From: a virus
Length of the DNA: 64,000 nucleotides
Reading direction: 5' to 3' (one strand)
IMG/VR virus record: IMGVR_UViG_3300043436_004480
Span: 1-64,000 of that record
In this document: piece after piece, positions 1-10,300 of the stretch
Position numbering within the stretch: position 1 is the stretch's first letter
Layout: each line of letters begins with the position of its first letter
The notes under the pieces: model-generated
Database searches by the model: none
What the model was told of the DNA's origin: nothing
The model's input: only the letters and a program-made list of their open reading frames with translations
Position numbers and translations under genes: made by a program

Positions 1-250
1 CATTCCAGATGTTACAACCATTATCAACCAAAAATTTGATGTTTGTATCACCATTCAAAAACCACAGAAGTTCTGCAACTATGTTTTTAAATGATAACTT
101 TCTTAATTCAAGAAGTGGAAATCTTTCTTGAAGATCAAATCTCATCTGATAACCGAATAAAGATTTTGTAGCAGGCATATTTGCTCTCGCTGCTGGTTTA
201 TCCACACCTTCTGATAATATATCAGAAAGTAATTTTGCGTACTGTTTCAT
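1..250 (-). CDS. thyA: Thymidylate synthase (5' part; runs off the window)
   Basis: Hand translation from ATG at 250 gives MKQYAKLLSDIL...TKSLFGYQMRFDLQERFPLLELRKL...ELLWFLNGDTNI...IWN, a typical ThyA N-terminus. Confidence 0.92.
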   Translation of the reverse strand, partial: MKQYAKLLSDILSEGVDKPAARANMPATKSLFGYQMRFDLQERFPLLELRKLSFKNIVAELLWFLNGDTNIKFLVDNGCNIWN

Positions 251-252
251 TC

Positions 253-585
253 TTAAAGTTTTGGTAAATGATCTGTTTTGATTAGAACTGACAATAAAAA
301 TTCATACCTTTCAGGAAAGTTTATTGCGTATTCTAATACTGCTTCTTCGGTTCCAAAATTATAATACGGTAAATTCCGAATTACTTTTCTCAGATTCAGG
401 TAATTCTTGTGTTTAGCAAGTATTTGTCTAAAAGAAATTTGATCTGGAAAGGAAGTCATTTTTGAGTGAATGACATTTATTCTTAACTCTGAATGCGGAT
501 CAATTTCCTTGTTTAGTACAAAGTCTTGTAACAGAAGACTTATTTCTACTTTACTTTCAAATGGTATGTTTTCGGTGGTATACAT
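253..585 (-). CDS. Hypothetical protein
   Basis: 110-aa ORF packed into the operon. Confidence 0.6.
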   Translation of the reverse strand: MYTTENIPFESKVEISLLLQDFVLNKEIDPHSELRINVIHSKMTSFPDQISFRQILAKHKNYLNLRKVIRNLPYYNFGTEEAVLEYAINFPERYEFLLSVLIKTDHLPKL

Positions 586-587
586 TT

Positions 588-770
588 CTAGTCTTCGGTT
601 AAGTCCAAGTCATTGTCTGGATCTCTATCATTTAATGTAGGATCCAATTCGGAAATTTCCATCACATAATTTAAGGCATCTAAAACACCTTTGTTAAAAT
701 CTGACGGATCATTATCGTAATTTTCAGTTGCTCTTTTTTGAGCAGCACTAACTTCGTTTTTGTATAACAT
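588..770 (-). CDS. Hypothetical protein
   Basis: ATG at 770 abuts the upstream stop; the longer start in the ORF track overlaps the neighbour. Confidence 0.55.
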   Translation of the reverse strand: MLYKNEVSAAQKRATENYDNDPSDFNKGVLDALNYVMEISELDPTLNDRDPDNDLDLTED

Positions 771-772
771 AG

Positions 773-988
773 TTATTCTAGGCAAAGAAGTTTTAAGTTT
801 GAGAGTTCTAAGTCTGTTAAATTGCAATGATTCAAATGTTTACTTACAATTTCAGAAGTTGCAATTGAAAGAAACGCAACAAACATATTAAGTTTAAACT
901 TTGTCCCAGAAAAGAAAGAAAGATTCTCGACGTGTTCTTTAGTTTTCTGGTTCGGATATGGCACTTGTACTTTCTTGATGTTCACCAT
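773..988 (-). CDS. Hypothetical protein
   Basis: 71-aa ORF in the operon. Confidence 0.5.
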   Translation of the reverse strand: MVNIKKVQVPYPNQKTKEHVENLSFFSGTKFKLNMFVAFLSIATSEIVSKHLNHCNLTDLELSNLKLLCLE

Positions 989-1493
989 TCTTTTCTTTTT
1001 CTAAAGTTTCAATGTGAGAAATTATTGATGGTATGAATTCAGGTCTAATGTTCAGAACTTCTGTTACCATCTTCAAGAAAACATAATTATCAAAACTATG
1101 TAATGCTAAATCAAAGAAAATTTCAGAAGCATCCCAATAAGTTTCATCTAAACCTTGATTTTCTCCATCTAGTATTTCCTTTGATAAATCTTTTTCCAGA
1201 TTGTCAACTAGAGTATTAGCTAGTTCTAATAATTTTAATCTTTGTTGCTCATTTGTCTTATTCTTAAAAGGATTCAAGAACTGAGTTGTTGTCTGCGTTT
1301 GCTTTAACAACATTGAATAAATGAACAAAACTTTTGCATTTTGATCTTCCGTTCTTAAATACGGCATTTTTTCTGCTCTTCGTTTATTAAAACGAATCTG
1401 TCTAGCAGTTAAATTTTTCTTGAAATGGTCTTTCTTTTTACTGTTTTCAGTATAAAGATTTATGATTTGTTCTAATGTTGGCTTTTGATTCAT
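939..1493 (-). CDS. Hypothetical protein
   Basis: 184-aa ORF. Confidence 0.7.
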   Translation of the reverse strand: MNQKPTLEQIINLYTENSKKKDHFKKNLTARQIRFNKRRAEKMPYLRTEDQNAKVLFIYSMLLKQTQTTTQFLNPFKNKTNEQQRLKLLELANTLVDNLEKDLSKEILDGENQGLDETYWDASEIFFDLALHSFDNYVFLKMVTEVLNIRPEFIPSIISHIETLEKEKNGEHQESTSAISEPEN

Positions 1494-1500
1494 AGAAACG

Positions 1501-1520
1501 AAAAGGAGCCTTTCGGCTCC
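1501..1520 (-). terminator. Intrinsic terminator
   Basis: GGAGCC-GAAA-GGCTCC followed by TTTT on the minus strand. Confidence 0.75.
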
Positions 1521-1521
1521 G

Positions 1522-1668
1522 TTATAGTAAGATAGTAAACAAATTCTGTTTGATCATCTCAAACAGCGTTTCTTTGCGTTGTGATAAAAGTTCCATTCTT
1601 CTTTCGTATGGTAAAGAAGCGATGATTTTTTGGTCTTTGGTCAGTTTTGTTTTTTCTGTCTGTTTCAT
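1522..1668 (-). CDS. Small hypothetical protein (48 aa, not in the ORF track)
   Basis: MKQTEKTKLTKDQKIIASLPYERRMELLSQRKETLFEMIKQNLFTILL*, lying between a promoter and a terminator. Confidence 0.6.
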   Translation of the reverse strand: MKQTEKTKLTKDQKIIASLPYERRMELLSQRKETLFEMIKQNLFTILL

Positions 1669-1691
1669 AGTGGTTGTTGTGTTTAGATATA

Positions 1692-1722
1692 CAAATATAA
1701 AACAAACTTTTGAACTATCAAA
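1692..1722 (-). promoter_or_regulatory. Bacteroidota-type housekeeping promoter
   Basis: TTTG-N19-TATATTTG (-33/-7 consensus). Confidence 0.75.
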
Positions 1723-1726
1723 CTAT

Positions 1727-2509
1727 TTATGCACCTTTATCAATAGTAGGTTTGATTGCCGATTCGGGATTATCTAATACCGCAGGAGAAAAATATGGAT
1801 TTTTGCACAATATGGCATTACTATCAAATTTCTGTTGTGCTTCCGGTTGCTTTGAAATATAGAAAGTCTCCATTTCTTCGGCAGTATATACCCAGTCCTG
1901 TCGAACACTCATTTTTAAAGCATTGTATTCTGCTTTTACATCACGATTGTTTGCAGCTTCTTCTGAAAACTTAGTTCCATATCTTAGCCACAACTTTAAA
2001 TAGTTCATGTTCATACATTGAACAAGGAACGATCTTATGTCTTTGTGTCCAGATGGGGAATCTTTGATTTCGTACAAATATAAACTTGCATACAATTGAG
2101 CCATTACTGACACAATTTCTTGCTTGTTTATTGGCTTTTTGTACTCTACCGTTTTCTTAATTACATCTGCAAAATCTAACAGTAAGTAATTTAATGTTTT
2201 TGTCCCAGATAAATTTGAGTAAATATTTTTATCTGCTCCGAAAGACGTTGTCCAACTTAAAATTAAAGTTTCAACAAGATCTGTTATTCCTAACAAATCC
2301 ATAAGAATAGAAGAATAATACAGAATGTCTCCGGTTTCTTCTAATCTGTTTATGTAGTCTTTTTTGTCTATTGCTGCCGACAATTCTGGAAGTTCAGAAA
2401 TAATACCAACAAATGCGTGATATATTTCTTGATTTTCAGTAGTTTTGTTCCAAGTGACTTTACAGTTTGCAGTATAAGGTGCAAAAATTGGAGTTACGTT
2501 TATATCCAT
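1727..2509 (-). CDS. MazG-like NTP pyrophosphohydrolase
   Basis: HAFVGIISELPEL...EETGDILYY and C-terminal NYLKLWLRY motifs. Confidence 0.75.
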   Translation of the reverse strand: MDINVTPIFAPYTANCKVTWNKTTENQEIYHAFVGIISELPELSAAIDKKDYINRLEETGDILYYSSILMDLLGITDLVETLILSWTTSFGADKNIYSNLSGTKTLNYLLLDFADVIKKTVEYKKPINKQEIVSVMAQLYASLYLYEIKDSPSGHKDIRSFLVQCMNMNYLKLWLRYGTKFSEEAANNRDVKAEYNALKMSVRQDWVYTAEEMETFYISKQPEAQQKFDSNAILCKNPYFSPAVLDNPESAIKPTIDKGA

Positions 2510-3207
2510 TACCAGATTATTTCCGTTTGGTTTGTTAGTTTGAGAGCAACATTTATTTGCTGGAAGATTTGCTCATTCTCCCATTTTCTTTCTTCTCTTG
2601 CTGCAAATGCAGGATGTTCAGTTTCTTTTACCATATGTACAGAAGACACATATCTGCTGAAAGTTTTTGCTTTGGAACCAATAAAACAGAATAGTAATTT
2701 TCTATCTGTTGTACGAGCGCAAAGTTCTTTTATTACGTTACGAGTAAAATATTCCCAACCTTTTTCATAATGCGAACTAGATTCTTTTTCTCTTACTGTA
2801 AGTACAGAATTTAACAAGAATACTCCTTGATCTACCCAAGACTGCAAAGTTAAGTCTTTTGAAGCAGTTTTACTAGCATTCATTAAAATTTTTAATGTTA
2901 CAGGAGGTCTATGTTTGCTAAGTTGTGAAGCAAATGCCCTTCCCATTGCGTGTTCATTTGGATATGGATCTTGCCCCACTAAGATAACTTTTACTTTTTC
3001 TGGGGGTAAATCTCTGAACATTTTAAATGTATCAGAACTTTTCGGGTAAATATTAAATTTAGATCTTTCTTCTGCTAAAAAAGTTTTTAAAGCTTTCATA
3101 TCTCTAGATTCTAAATATTTACCAATAAGATTAGCCCATTCGTTTCCTAAAAAACGAATGGTGCTATCTTGAGGTTTATATGCAAACAGTTCTAGCTGGC
3201 TGGACAT
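2509..3207 (-). CDS. ung: Uracil-DNA glycosylase (family 1)
   Basis: VKVILVGQDPY, QGVFLLNSVLTV and HPA motifs. Confidence 0.95.
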   Translation of the reverse strand: MSSQLELFAYKPQDSTIRFLGNEWANLIGKYLESRDMKALKTFLAEERSKFNIYPKSSDTFKMFRDLPPEKVKVILVGQDPYPNEHAMGRAFASQLSKHRPPVTLKILMNASKTASKDLTLQSWVDQGVFLLNSVLTVREKESSSHYEKGWEYFTRNVIKELCARTTDRKLLFCFIGSKAKTFSRYVSSVHMVKETEHPAFAAREERKWENEQIFQQINVALKLTNQTEIIW

Positions 3208-3749
3208 ATGCGCTCTAACATTTCTTCTTTAAATTCAGAAGGAAATATAACAAATTGCTTTATTACTTCTCTCAAACTTTCTTCCATCATAGAAATATAC
3301 TTAAATAAAGTATTTACTATATAGTCAGCCGAAAGTTCAGATAATCCGGTTCCTATTGCAGAAAGAATATAAGTTTGATCAGAATGCATATTTATTAGTA
3401 CTGATTGAAGAAAGTGTTCAATACTTTTTTCAACTATAAACTTCTGGTCAACATCTATATTATTTCTTGTCAAACTCTTTGTAGGCAATGCATAAGTTTG
3501 TCCTGTAAAGCCTTCCGCAATTCCTATCTTTGCTCCTAAATGTTCATGTGCAAACTTTGCTGCACCTGCTCCATGAATACCTTCAATATTAGAACCGAAT
3601 ACAAAAATTAAATTTTTGTTGTTTCGATAATCTTCTACTGATGGCCATTTTTTGAAAATGTAAAATCCAGAATGACCTTTTTCATCTAATGGAGAAGCTA
3701 ATCCTCTGCTAACAAGCAGACTTAATTTAGAATTCGTTTTCATCTTCAT
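3192..3749 (-). CDS. Macro-domain-like phage protein (FVFGSN family)
   Basis: IFVFGSNIEGIHGAGAAKFA, GQTYALPT and IGTGL motifs. Confidence 0.7.
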   Translation of the reverse strand: MKMKTNSKLSLLVSRGLASPLDEKGHSGFYIFKKWPSVEDYRNNKNLIFVFGSNIEGIHGAGAAKFAHEHLGAKIGIAEGFTGQTYALPTKSLTRNNIDVDQKFIVEKSIEHFLQSVLINMHSDQTYILSAIGTGLSELSADYIVNTLFKYISMMEESLREVIKQFVIFPSEFKEEMLERICPAS

Positions 3750-5151
3750 TAGGTTTTGGTTCTTCTTTAATTTCAGAAAGATCCTTCATATATACAGTTT
3801 CTGCATAGTTTGCTTCAAGATTGAAGTCTATTACAAATCCGTTATAATCACCTTTCTGCTCTTTCATTTTGTAATATTCTTCCATCGAAGAATCTATTAC
3901 ATCATTTTGCTTTTCACCACCAACAAATCTTATTGGAGTAACCGGATTATATTTTCCAGAAGTTTGAATGTGGAAAATTGTGCTTTCAAAGCTTACAAAA
4001 CTCAGAAATTCCTGCGGATTTACTTCTTTTCCTTCGACTTCTCCTAGGAAATAAGAAATTTTTTTCTGCACTTCATCTTCTTCTTGTAAATAAGAAGTTT
4101 TCAAGTATTCTTCTTTTACAGAATCAAAAAGTCTTTTTATGAATACATTTTTAATATCTTCTAAGTTTTCTTCTTGTTCAAGAATAAATTGTCTTATCAA
4201 ATGTTGATAAAAACAAAGTTGCAAGATGTCAGTATCACCTTTGTTTGATTCTAAATAATCTACTGCGGAACTATAATTAGTTTTGTAATCACTTATTGAA
4301 AACAAAACTTGTCTAAGACCATCTTGTTCAGTCAATGTAAAATCAACTCTTAGATTGTCAATAGTTCCTTTTATCTCTTTACAAACTATCTGCAATTCTC
4401 TAAAGAAAACTGAAAAAGTAAATACTTTTCCTAATTCTGTTTCTCTAATGCTTAGTTTTACAGTATCTCCTTCGTTGTATAGATACTTGTAGAAGTTATG
4501 ATTTTTCAAATTATCAATACTTCTCTGCAAAGTTTGTCTTACTTCTGGAGTAACTAACAATTCAGTTTCCGGATTGTAAGTAACCAAAGCTTTGAAAAAC
4601 TCTTTATTTTCCAAAATGTCCAATTGCTCTAAAAAGAAATCAGCATTTTTATACCTTTTACTTTGTGTAGCAAGGAATGCACGAGTTACAGAAGCAGAGT
4701 TTTTCCAAACTTCGTTGTCTTTATTGTAATATCCTGCTTTGAATTCCCTAAGAAATTCTTCTTTGTAATTATCTGGATCTAAATCTGGATATAAATTTTT
4801 GTATTTTTCAACATACAAGTTTCTTTCTTCACGAGCAACCGCATTTATGAAAATACCGGTCTGTGTTGATTCATCTGGGCCTGTTGCAGATAGAATTTTT
4901 ACTTTGTCTGGATCTGCCATATACATATGGAAAGCGTTTCCAAATGCAACAGCTTTCTTTTGTTGTTCAGGTTCTAAAATACCTTCTTCTTCTGCTTCTT
5001 GTCTTGCTAGTTCAAGACCTTTGTAGTATTGATATTTTTGAGGAGAACCTCCTAAATATATAGATAATAATCTTAAGTCGGAAAAACTGACTTGAGAAAT
5101 TGATCTATATTCTTCTGTTGGTAATTGTTTGCAGAACGTGGACTTGTCCAT
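3727..5151 (-). CDS. PD-(D/E)XK exonuclease (RecE/ExoVIII-like)
   Basis: SFSDL, FGNAFH, KGTIDNL, DYKT and QLCFY motifs. Confidence 0.7.
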   Translation of the reverse strand: MDKSTFCKQLPTEEYRSISQVSFSDLRLLSIYLGGSPQKYQYYKGLELARQEAEEEGILEPEQQKKAVAFGNAFHMYMADPDKVKILSATGPDESTQTGIFINAVAREERNLYVEKYKNLYPDLDPDNYKEEFLREFKAGYYNKDNEVWKNSASVTRAFLATQSKRYKNADFFLEQLDILENKEFFKALVTYNPETELLVTPEVRQTLQRSIDNLKNHNFYKYLYNEGDTVKLSIRETELGKVFTFSVFFRELQIVCKEIKGTIDNLRVDFTLTEQDGLRQVLFSISDYKTNYSSAVDYLESNKGDTDILQLCFYQHLIRQFILEQEENLEDIKNVFIKRLFDSVKEEYLKTSYLQEEDEVQKKISYFLGEVEGKEVNPQEFLSFVSFESTIFHIQTSGKYNPVTPIRFVGGEKQNDVIDSSMEEYYKMKEQKGDYNGFVIDFNLEANYAETVYMKDLSEIKEEPKPNEDENEF

Positions 5152-5558
5152 ATTATTACTGATGCTTTAGTTTTTGATATTTCGTAACCTTCAAATACTG
5201 GAACGATAGTAGTTGAATCATCATCTTCTATCCATTCGAATTTTGTTAGTAAATCTAAAAGTAAATGGCAAACATTATGATAATCAAATCTTATCTTACT
5301 CGGTCTTATAAAATACATATGCAAATTATAAGGTTTTTCAAGATTTTCAATTGATTTCAGAAACTTGTTTTTAAAAGTAACAAACGAAAGTTCATTTCTT
5401 TCTGCCCAATCTTTAACTCTTGAAGAAGAGTGTATGATTGCTCTACCTTTTATTACTTTTATTCCTTTTGTGTTTTTTAGTGAAGGTATATTCCCAAAAA
5501 AAACAAAGAAAGTGGGCTTGTTACACCCACTTTCCAGATTTTCATTACTTTGCATCAC
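5073..5558 (-). CDS. RusA-like Holliday junction resolvase
   Basis: GNIPSLKN; FDYHN..LLDLL..IEDD. Confidence 0.7.
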   Translation of the reverse strand: MMQSNENLESGCNKPTFFVFFGNIPSLKNTKGIKVIKGRAIIHSSSRVKDWAERNELSFVTFKNKFLKSIENLEKPYNLHMYFIRPSKIRFDYHNVCHLLLDLLTKFEWIEDDDSTTIVPVFEGYEISKTKASVIIWTSPRSANNYQQKNIDQFLKSVFPT

Positions 5559-7332
5559 TAGGATTCAAAAGTTTATCGAATTCATCAAGATTCATAAGCT
5601 TTTCAGCATTATTTTCTGTAATTGGACTATCCGATCTTGAGAATTGAATATTCGTTTTATTTACAGACTTTCCTTGTTCATCAAAGTCTCTTGTTGTAAC
5701 TCTATAAACTATGTAGTTTATAAGTTTATGACGCATTTTCTTAACAGAAGCAATCTTCTTCTGTATTATTTCCTCTTCTTCTTTCGAAACGAGCAAAACA
5801 GCTTCTTCTTCAACTGCTTTATCTTTCTTGGCTTTTTTCTTTTTTGTCTGACCACTTTCTTCTGGTTTTGTTGTAGTATTGTCTTCTGCAACTTCCTGTT
5901 TAGCTTCTTCTCTTACTGCAACTTTTCTAGCAGATGCTTTTTTAGAAACAGTTTTTACAGCTTCTTCTTTTTGTTTTGCAACAGATTCAGGAAGACTCAT
6001 CAACTGTGGAACAGTACCAACACTTGTGTAGAAACGTAAAATTACATCCCTTACAACTCTGAACTTTTCTTGTTCTCCTTCTTCCGCTAACTTTTCTAAT
6101 TTCTCAGAAAGTTCAGAATAGCTAAGTTTAGCTAGTTCAGGATTCTGCTGTTCTACTTTTTCTTTTTCAAACTGTGCATCTAGTGTATTTACAGAAGTAA
6201 GTAGTGCAATTCTTTCTGTTTCTGGCAAAGAATCATAAGAGATTCTATCTCTTAGAACTTTTATAGGATAATACCTACAAACTCTGATTTTTCCACCATC
6301 TTGAGGAACTGCAACTGCATCTTCTGGAGAAAATGCAACCATTAGTAACACATTACCAGAAAAGTTATTTGCGTAGTTATAAGTACCTACGTGTAATCCT
6401 CTTGAACAAGTATTATTAGGATTCGTATCACAATGTTTTCTTTCTATTACCGCAGGAACAAAAAGACTAATATTCATTGATTTTGAATGAGAATCTACAA
6501 ACGAATGAAGTCTGTTTTCTCTATCCAATACCAATTTTTTCATTACTGTAAGTTCGTCAGGATTTGCAGGAACCACTTCAATTTTTCCTCCAACATAATT
6601 AAACTTAACAGTATTCAGATCTGTATTTTCCTCCGAAAGTCTTCTGATGATATTATCTTCTTCTGACAATCCTTGTTTAGAAGTCACTCGTTTGTAACCT
6701 ATCATAAATCCATTATCCATTACAGAAAATAAATTTTCCATAGTAGCATACTTCAGCAAACCTTTTGCTGCAATAGGATCTGGATTTAATGCAACTTTTC
6801 TTAAAAATTCAAGAAGTCCTTGCTTTGAAGAAACTGTACTGAATTTGTGAAACAGTTCCGTAGGAACAGAAATGTTTGTGTTTTTTATTACACAGACTTT
6901 TGTATCTTTTACAGAAATTACTTCAAAGTTGTTTGCAAAGAAAGCAGTTTTTGTAAATTCTCTGCTCTGATCATCTAAAGAGGATAAATCAAACGGTTTT
7001 TCCTCAGTTAAATACTGAATTACAAACGTCTTATTTTTAAATTCTTCTGAATTTTTTACTTTGCCATCAGAAACAACTGTTTCTTTTACTACTTCTCCTA
7101 CAACATCATCTTTTTTGATAAACATATCAATCACTTGACTATGCAAGCTTTGATTTTTAACATTTGTGATTGCAGACTTTACAAGTTCTTTTACCTGATC
7201 ACGAAGTTCTTTCTCTGCAATTATTTTGCTTGCAGTAAAAGTTTCGTTATTCAACGAATAGGAAATTATTAAGGTTTTTCCAACCTGTTTCCATCCGGCA
7301 ATTATGCCTAATGACTTTTGTTTCTTTGCCAT
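5545..7332 (-). CDS. rIIB: rIIB-like protein
   Basis: GYKRV, CSRGLHVG, PEDAVAVP and KIRVCRY motifs; lies directly downstream of the rIIA-like gene. Confidence 0.85.
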   Translation of the reverse strand: MAKKQKSLGIIAGWKQVGKTLIISYSLNNETFTASKIIAEKELRDQVKELVKSAITNVKNQSLHSQVIDMFIKKDDVVGEVVKETVVSDGKVKNSEEFKNKTFVIQYLTEEKPFDLSSLDDQSREFTKTAFFANNFEVISVKDTKVCVIKNTNISVPTELFHKFSTVSSKQGLLEFLRKVALNPDPIAAKGLLKYATMENLFSVMDNGFMIGYKRVTSKQGLSEEDNIIRRLSEENTDLNTVKFNYVGGKIEVVPANPDELTVMKKLVLDRENRLHSFVDSHSKSMNISLFVPAVIERKHCDTNPNNTCSRGLHVGTYNYANNFSGNVLLMVAFSPEDAVAVPQDGGKIRVCRYYPIKVLRDRISYDSLPETERIALLTSVNTLDAQFEKEKVEQQNPELAKLSYSELSEKLEKLAEEGEQEKFRVVRDVILRFYTSVGTVPQLMSLPESVAKQKEEAVKTVSKKASARKVAVREEAKQEVAEDNTTTKPEESGQTKKKKAKKDKAVEEEAVLLVSKEEEEIIQKKIASVKKMRHKLINYIVYRVTTRDFDEQGKSVNKTNIQFSRSDSPITENNAEKLMNLDEFDKLLNPSDAK

Positions 7333-7333
7333 T

Positions 7334-10300
7334 TTACAAAGTAGGGATTAAATTTGAACGGTGAAGATTTTTGAATACTCCTGTTGTATTATGAGCATTC
7401 TGCGAAAAGGCAGTTTTTCTTCTTTGAAATATGCTTGAATCTAAATTCGACAGATTATAAAAGAAATCATCTCTTTTTACAACTCTGTTTGCATACTTAT
7501 TAAAGTCTCCTTCTTTTAGTGATTTTAAATATTTTTGCTTTGCTTCAAGTCCTTTGAAATATACAACCTTTATCAAAGAACCATCTGTATAATTTCTCTT
7601 AATCATTTTATCTGTAAATTCATAATCGTTTGTTAATGAACAATTATAAATATCAGAATTAGAAAAACCTACTGATTTGGTTTCAATCAAAGGAAACAGT
7701 AGTTTTTTATTAAGATCAATATACGCATTTTTTAAGTTAAAAGTGCATTCTACACTTAGATTTTTTAAGAATTCTTCAACTTTTGCTTCATAGCTTGATG
7801 CGTTTCCTAATGTTTTGTAAACAGAAGCACCATACATTGATCTTTTCTTTGCATTAAGAGATATGTTTTCACAATAGAATTCAAAAACATGAATCTTTTC
7901 TGCACCTTCTGTTTGTGGAAACAAAGGATTATCTTTGTGATTTATTTTTATTATTGATTTTTGACTGTTGTAATCAATAAGTTTTGAATATTCAGGAAGA
8001 AAATTAGAAACATGTCTTTCAGAAAGAACAAATTTCTGTTTTCTGTGAATATATCTTTCGTTAGTAAGTGCTTTTGTAAATTCTTTTTCTTGTATACTAC
8101 CGTCCATCATAATAAAAGATGACAGAGTAGATAAATCACTATTTATATGCTTGTAAGTTTTGTCTATCATCTTGCATAATTTATGCAGATAGAGATATGC
8201 ATCATAGTGAATTTCTGTAACAGACAAAGCATATTTTAATTCAGTGAGAGAATTTTCAAATTCTTCTTCTGTCAGACAAATTCCTCCTAATGCTGTATAT
8301 ACATTATAAGCATTTGCAATTTCTAAGAAAAACAACTTCATTTTTCCTGAAAGTTCTGCTAAATCATTTACATTGTCGTTTATTGCAGGTCGATATGAAT
8401 ATCTAGAATGTCCATTTTTTGATATTCTATTCATATCTAAATACAAGTCACCAAGTTCTTTTGTGATTATCGCATCCGGATAAATCAGTTCTTCATTTAT
8501 GAAATCTAAGTTAGGACAGAAACTTGTTCTGACTTTACTATGATAGCCTCCATAATAATCAGATTTTGCAGGATCTTTAAAATACATATAGTCTATATGT
8601 AAATTAAAACTAGAAACTAACTTCTTCAAATTAGTTACATTTCCATATAACCAATTAGATGAAAATCTATCTGGAGTATAAGGATCATAAATAAGAACAT
8701 GCAGAGTTTCTAATAGTTTTTTATTATACTGATGTTTTTCAACTACGTTATGATAAGGCTGAGTAAACAGGACTTCATTTTTGAAATTGCTGTGATTCAT
8801 TCCGTTATTCAGATATATTTTCGAATCTGAATATTTTTCATTAGGAACAGCACCAATTATTTTCTGATCTCTTACCGGATATACAAAATCATTATGATAC
8901 TGCAATCTAGGAACTGTTTTTCTTAACTTCTCAAAAGGTCTTGCTATAAACTTTGAGAAATTAGAATAATCTCTAATCAATTCATCATGTTTAAGAAAAG
9001 TATACAACTGCATCGTAAAGAACGGATGCACAGTAAATATAAATTTATCAAAATGAAAAAGATTTTTTGCAAATTCTGCTTCTTCTGTTTCAAGATAATA
9101 AATCTGTTCTTCGTTTAACACAAATATTGAATTAAAGAAATCTTTATAGTAAGAAGAACTATCTTTGTAACCACCACTAAGTGATATAGATTCTTTATAA
9201 TGAACGAATTGATAACTTGTATATACAAACTGAAATGTATTTACTAAGTCTTTAACTCGTTCAACTTCTTCTGGTAAACAGTAAAGAAAGTAGTTAGGTT
9301 CTTTTTCTGCTAGAAAAGCTTTTTTAGTAAAATCTTTATCATCTACTTTTTTTATAAAGGTTTCAAGAGTTTCTACAAAGGAAGAGTTTTTTTTGAGTGC
9401 AATCGAACTCTGAGTAGGAGTATCTAAGTAAAGACATTTTACATTAGTTTTCTCTACCGGAATGATTTCTTTTGCTTCTCTTTTCTTTCTTTCTTTGATA
9501 AACTCTAGTCTTGCTGCTTCTAAAGAAGATTTTTCTAATCTTTGTTTTTCTGCTTCTATTTCTAGAGCTTCTTTTACTTTTAACTTGAGTTGAGAGAAAG
9601 CTGTCTCCAGATTATTCTTTTCTTCTTCTGGGGTGTTTACTATTCCATAAGTATTACAGATTTTATCTATATACTTTTTAGAATAGAATCTATTTTGAGT
9701 ATTTACAAGAAGTGCAAAAGCACTCATGTAATTTTTAAGTGCATACTTATTTACATAAAATTTTCTTTTTAGCCTTAACAAATCAGAATTTGTTACTGCT
9801 CTGTCTCTAAGTATGTTTGCTAAATCTTTTCTAGCTTCTGATGGATCAGAAGAAATAGTAGGATATTGACTTATTTGTTGATTAAACGAACCTATTAAAT
9901 CTTGTTCAATTGATTCGTAAAAATCAGATCTGTTTACAGTAGAAAACGAAAAATTTTGAGTTTCTATATAACTTAAAGAGAGAACGTCACTCAACAAATA
10001 CGGAGTTCTGAATAATATTTCAGGAAGAAGATTTAAATAACAAACAAATAAGTCTGCAAGCTTTGAGTCTTTTAAGATTTCATATGTGTCTAACTTTTTA
10101 TTAAAAAGTTCTACAAAAGACTTTTTGCTGTTAAAAGCATAATTCCTTTCTAGAAATCCTTTTCTGAAAACTCCTGCTTGAACAGTTTGCAAATTGTTTC
10201 TTGAAAAACAAGAATGTATTGCACTTCTGAGATATTCAAATTGCTGTTTCCAACTTCCGATGAAAGATAATTCTTTATCATCAATTATTGAAATTCCAGA

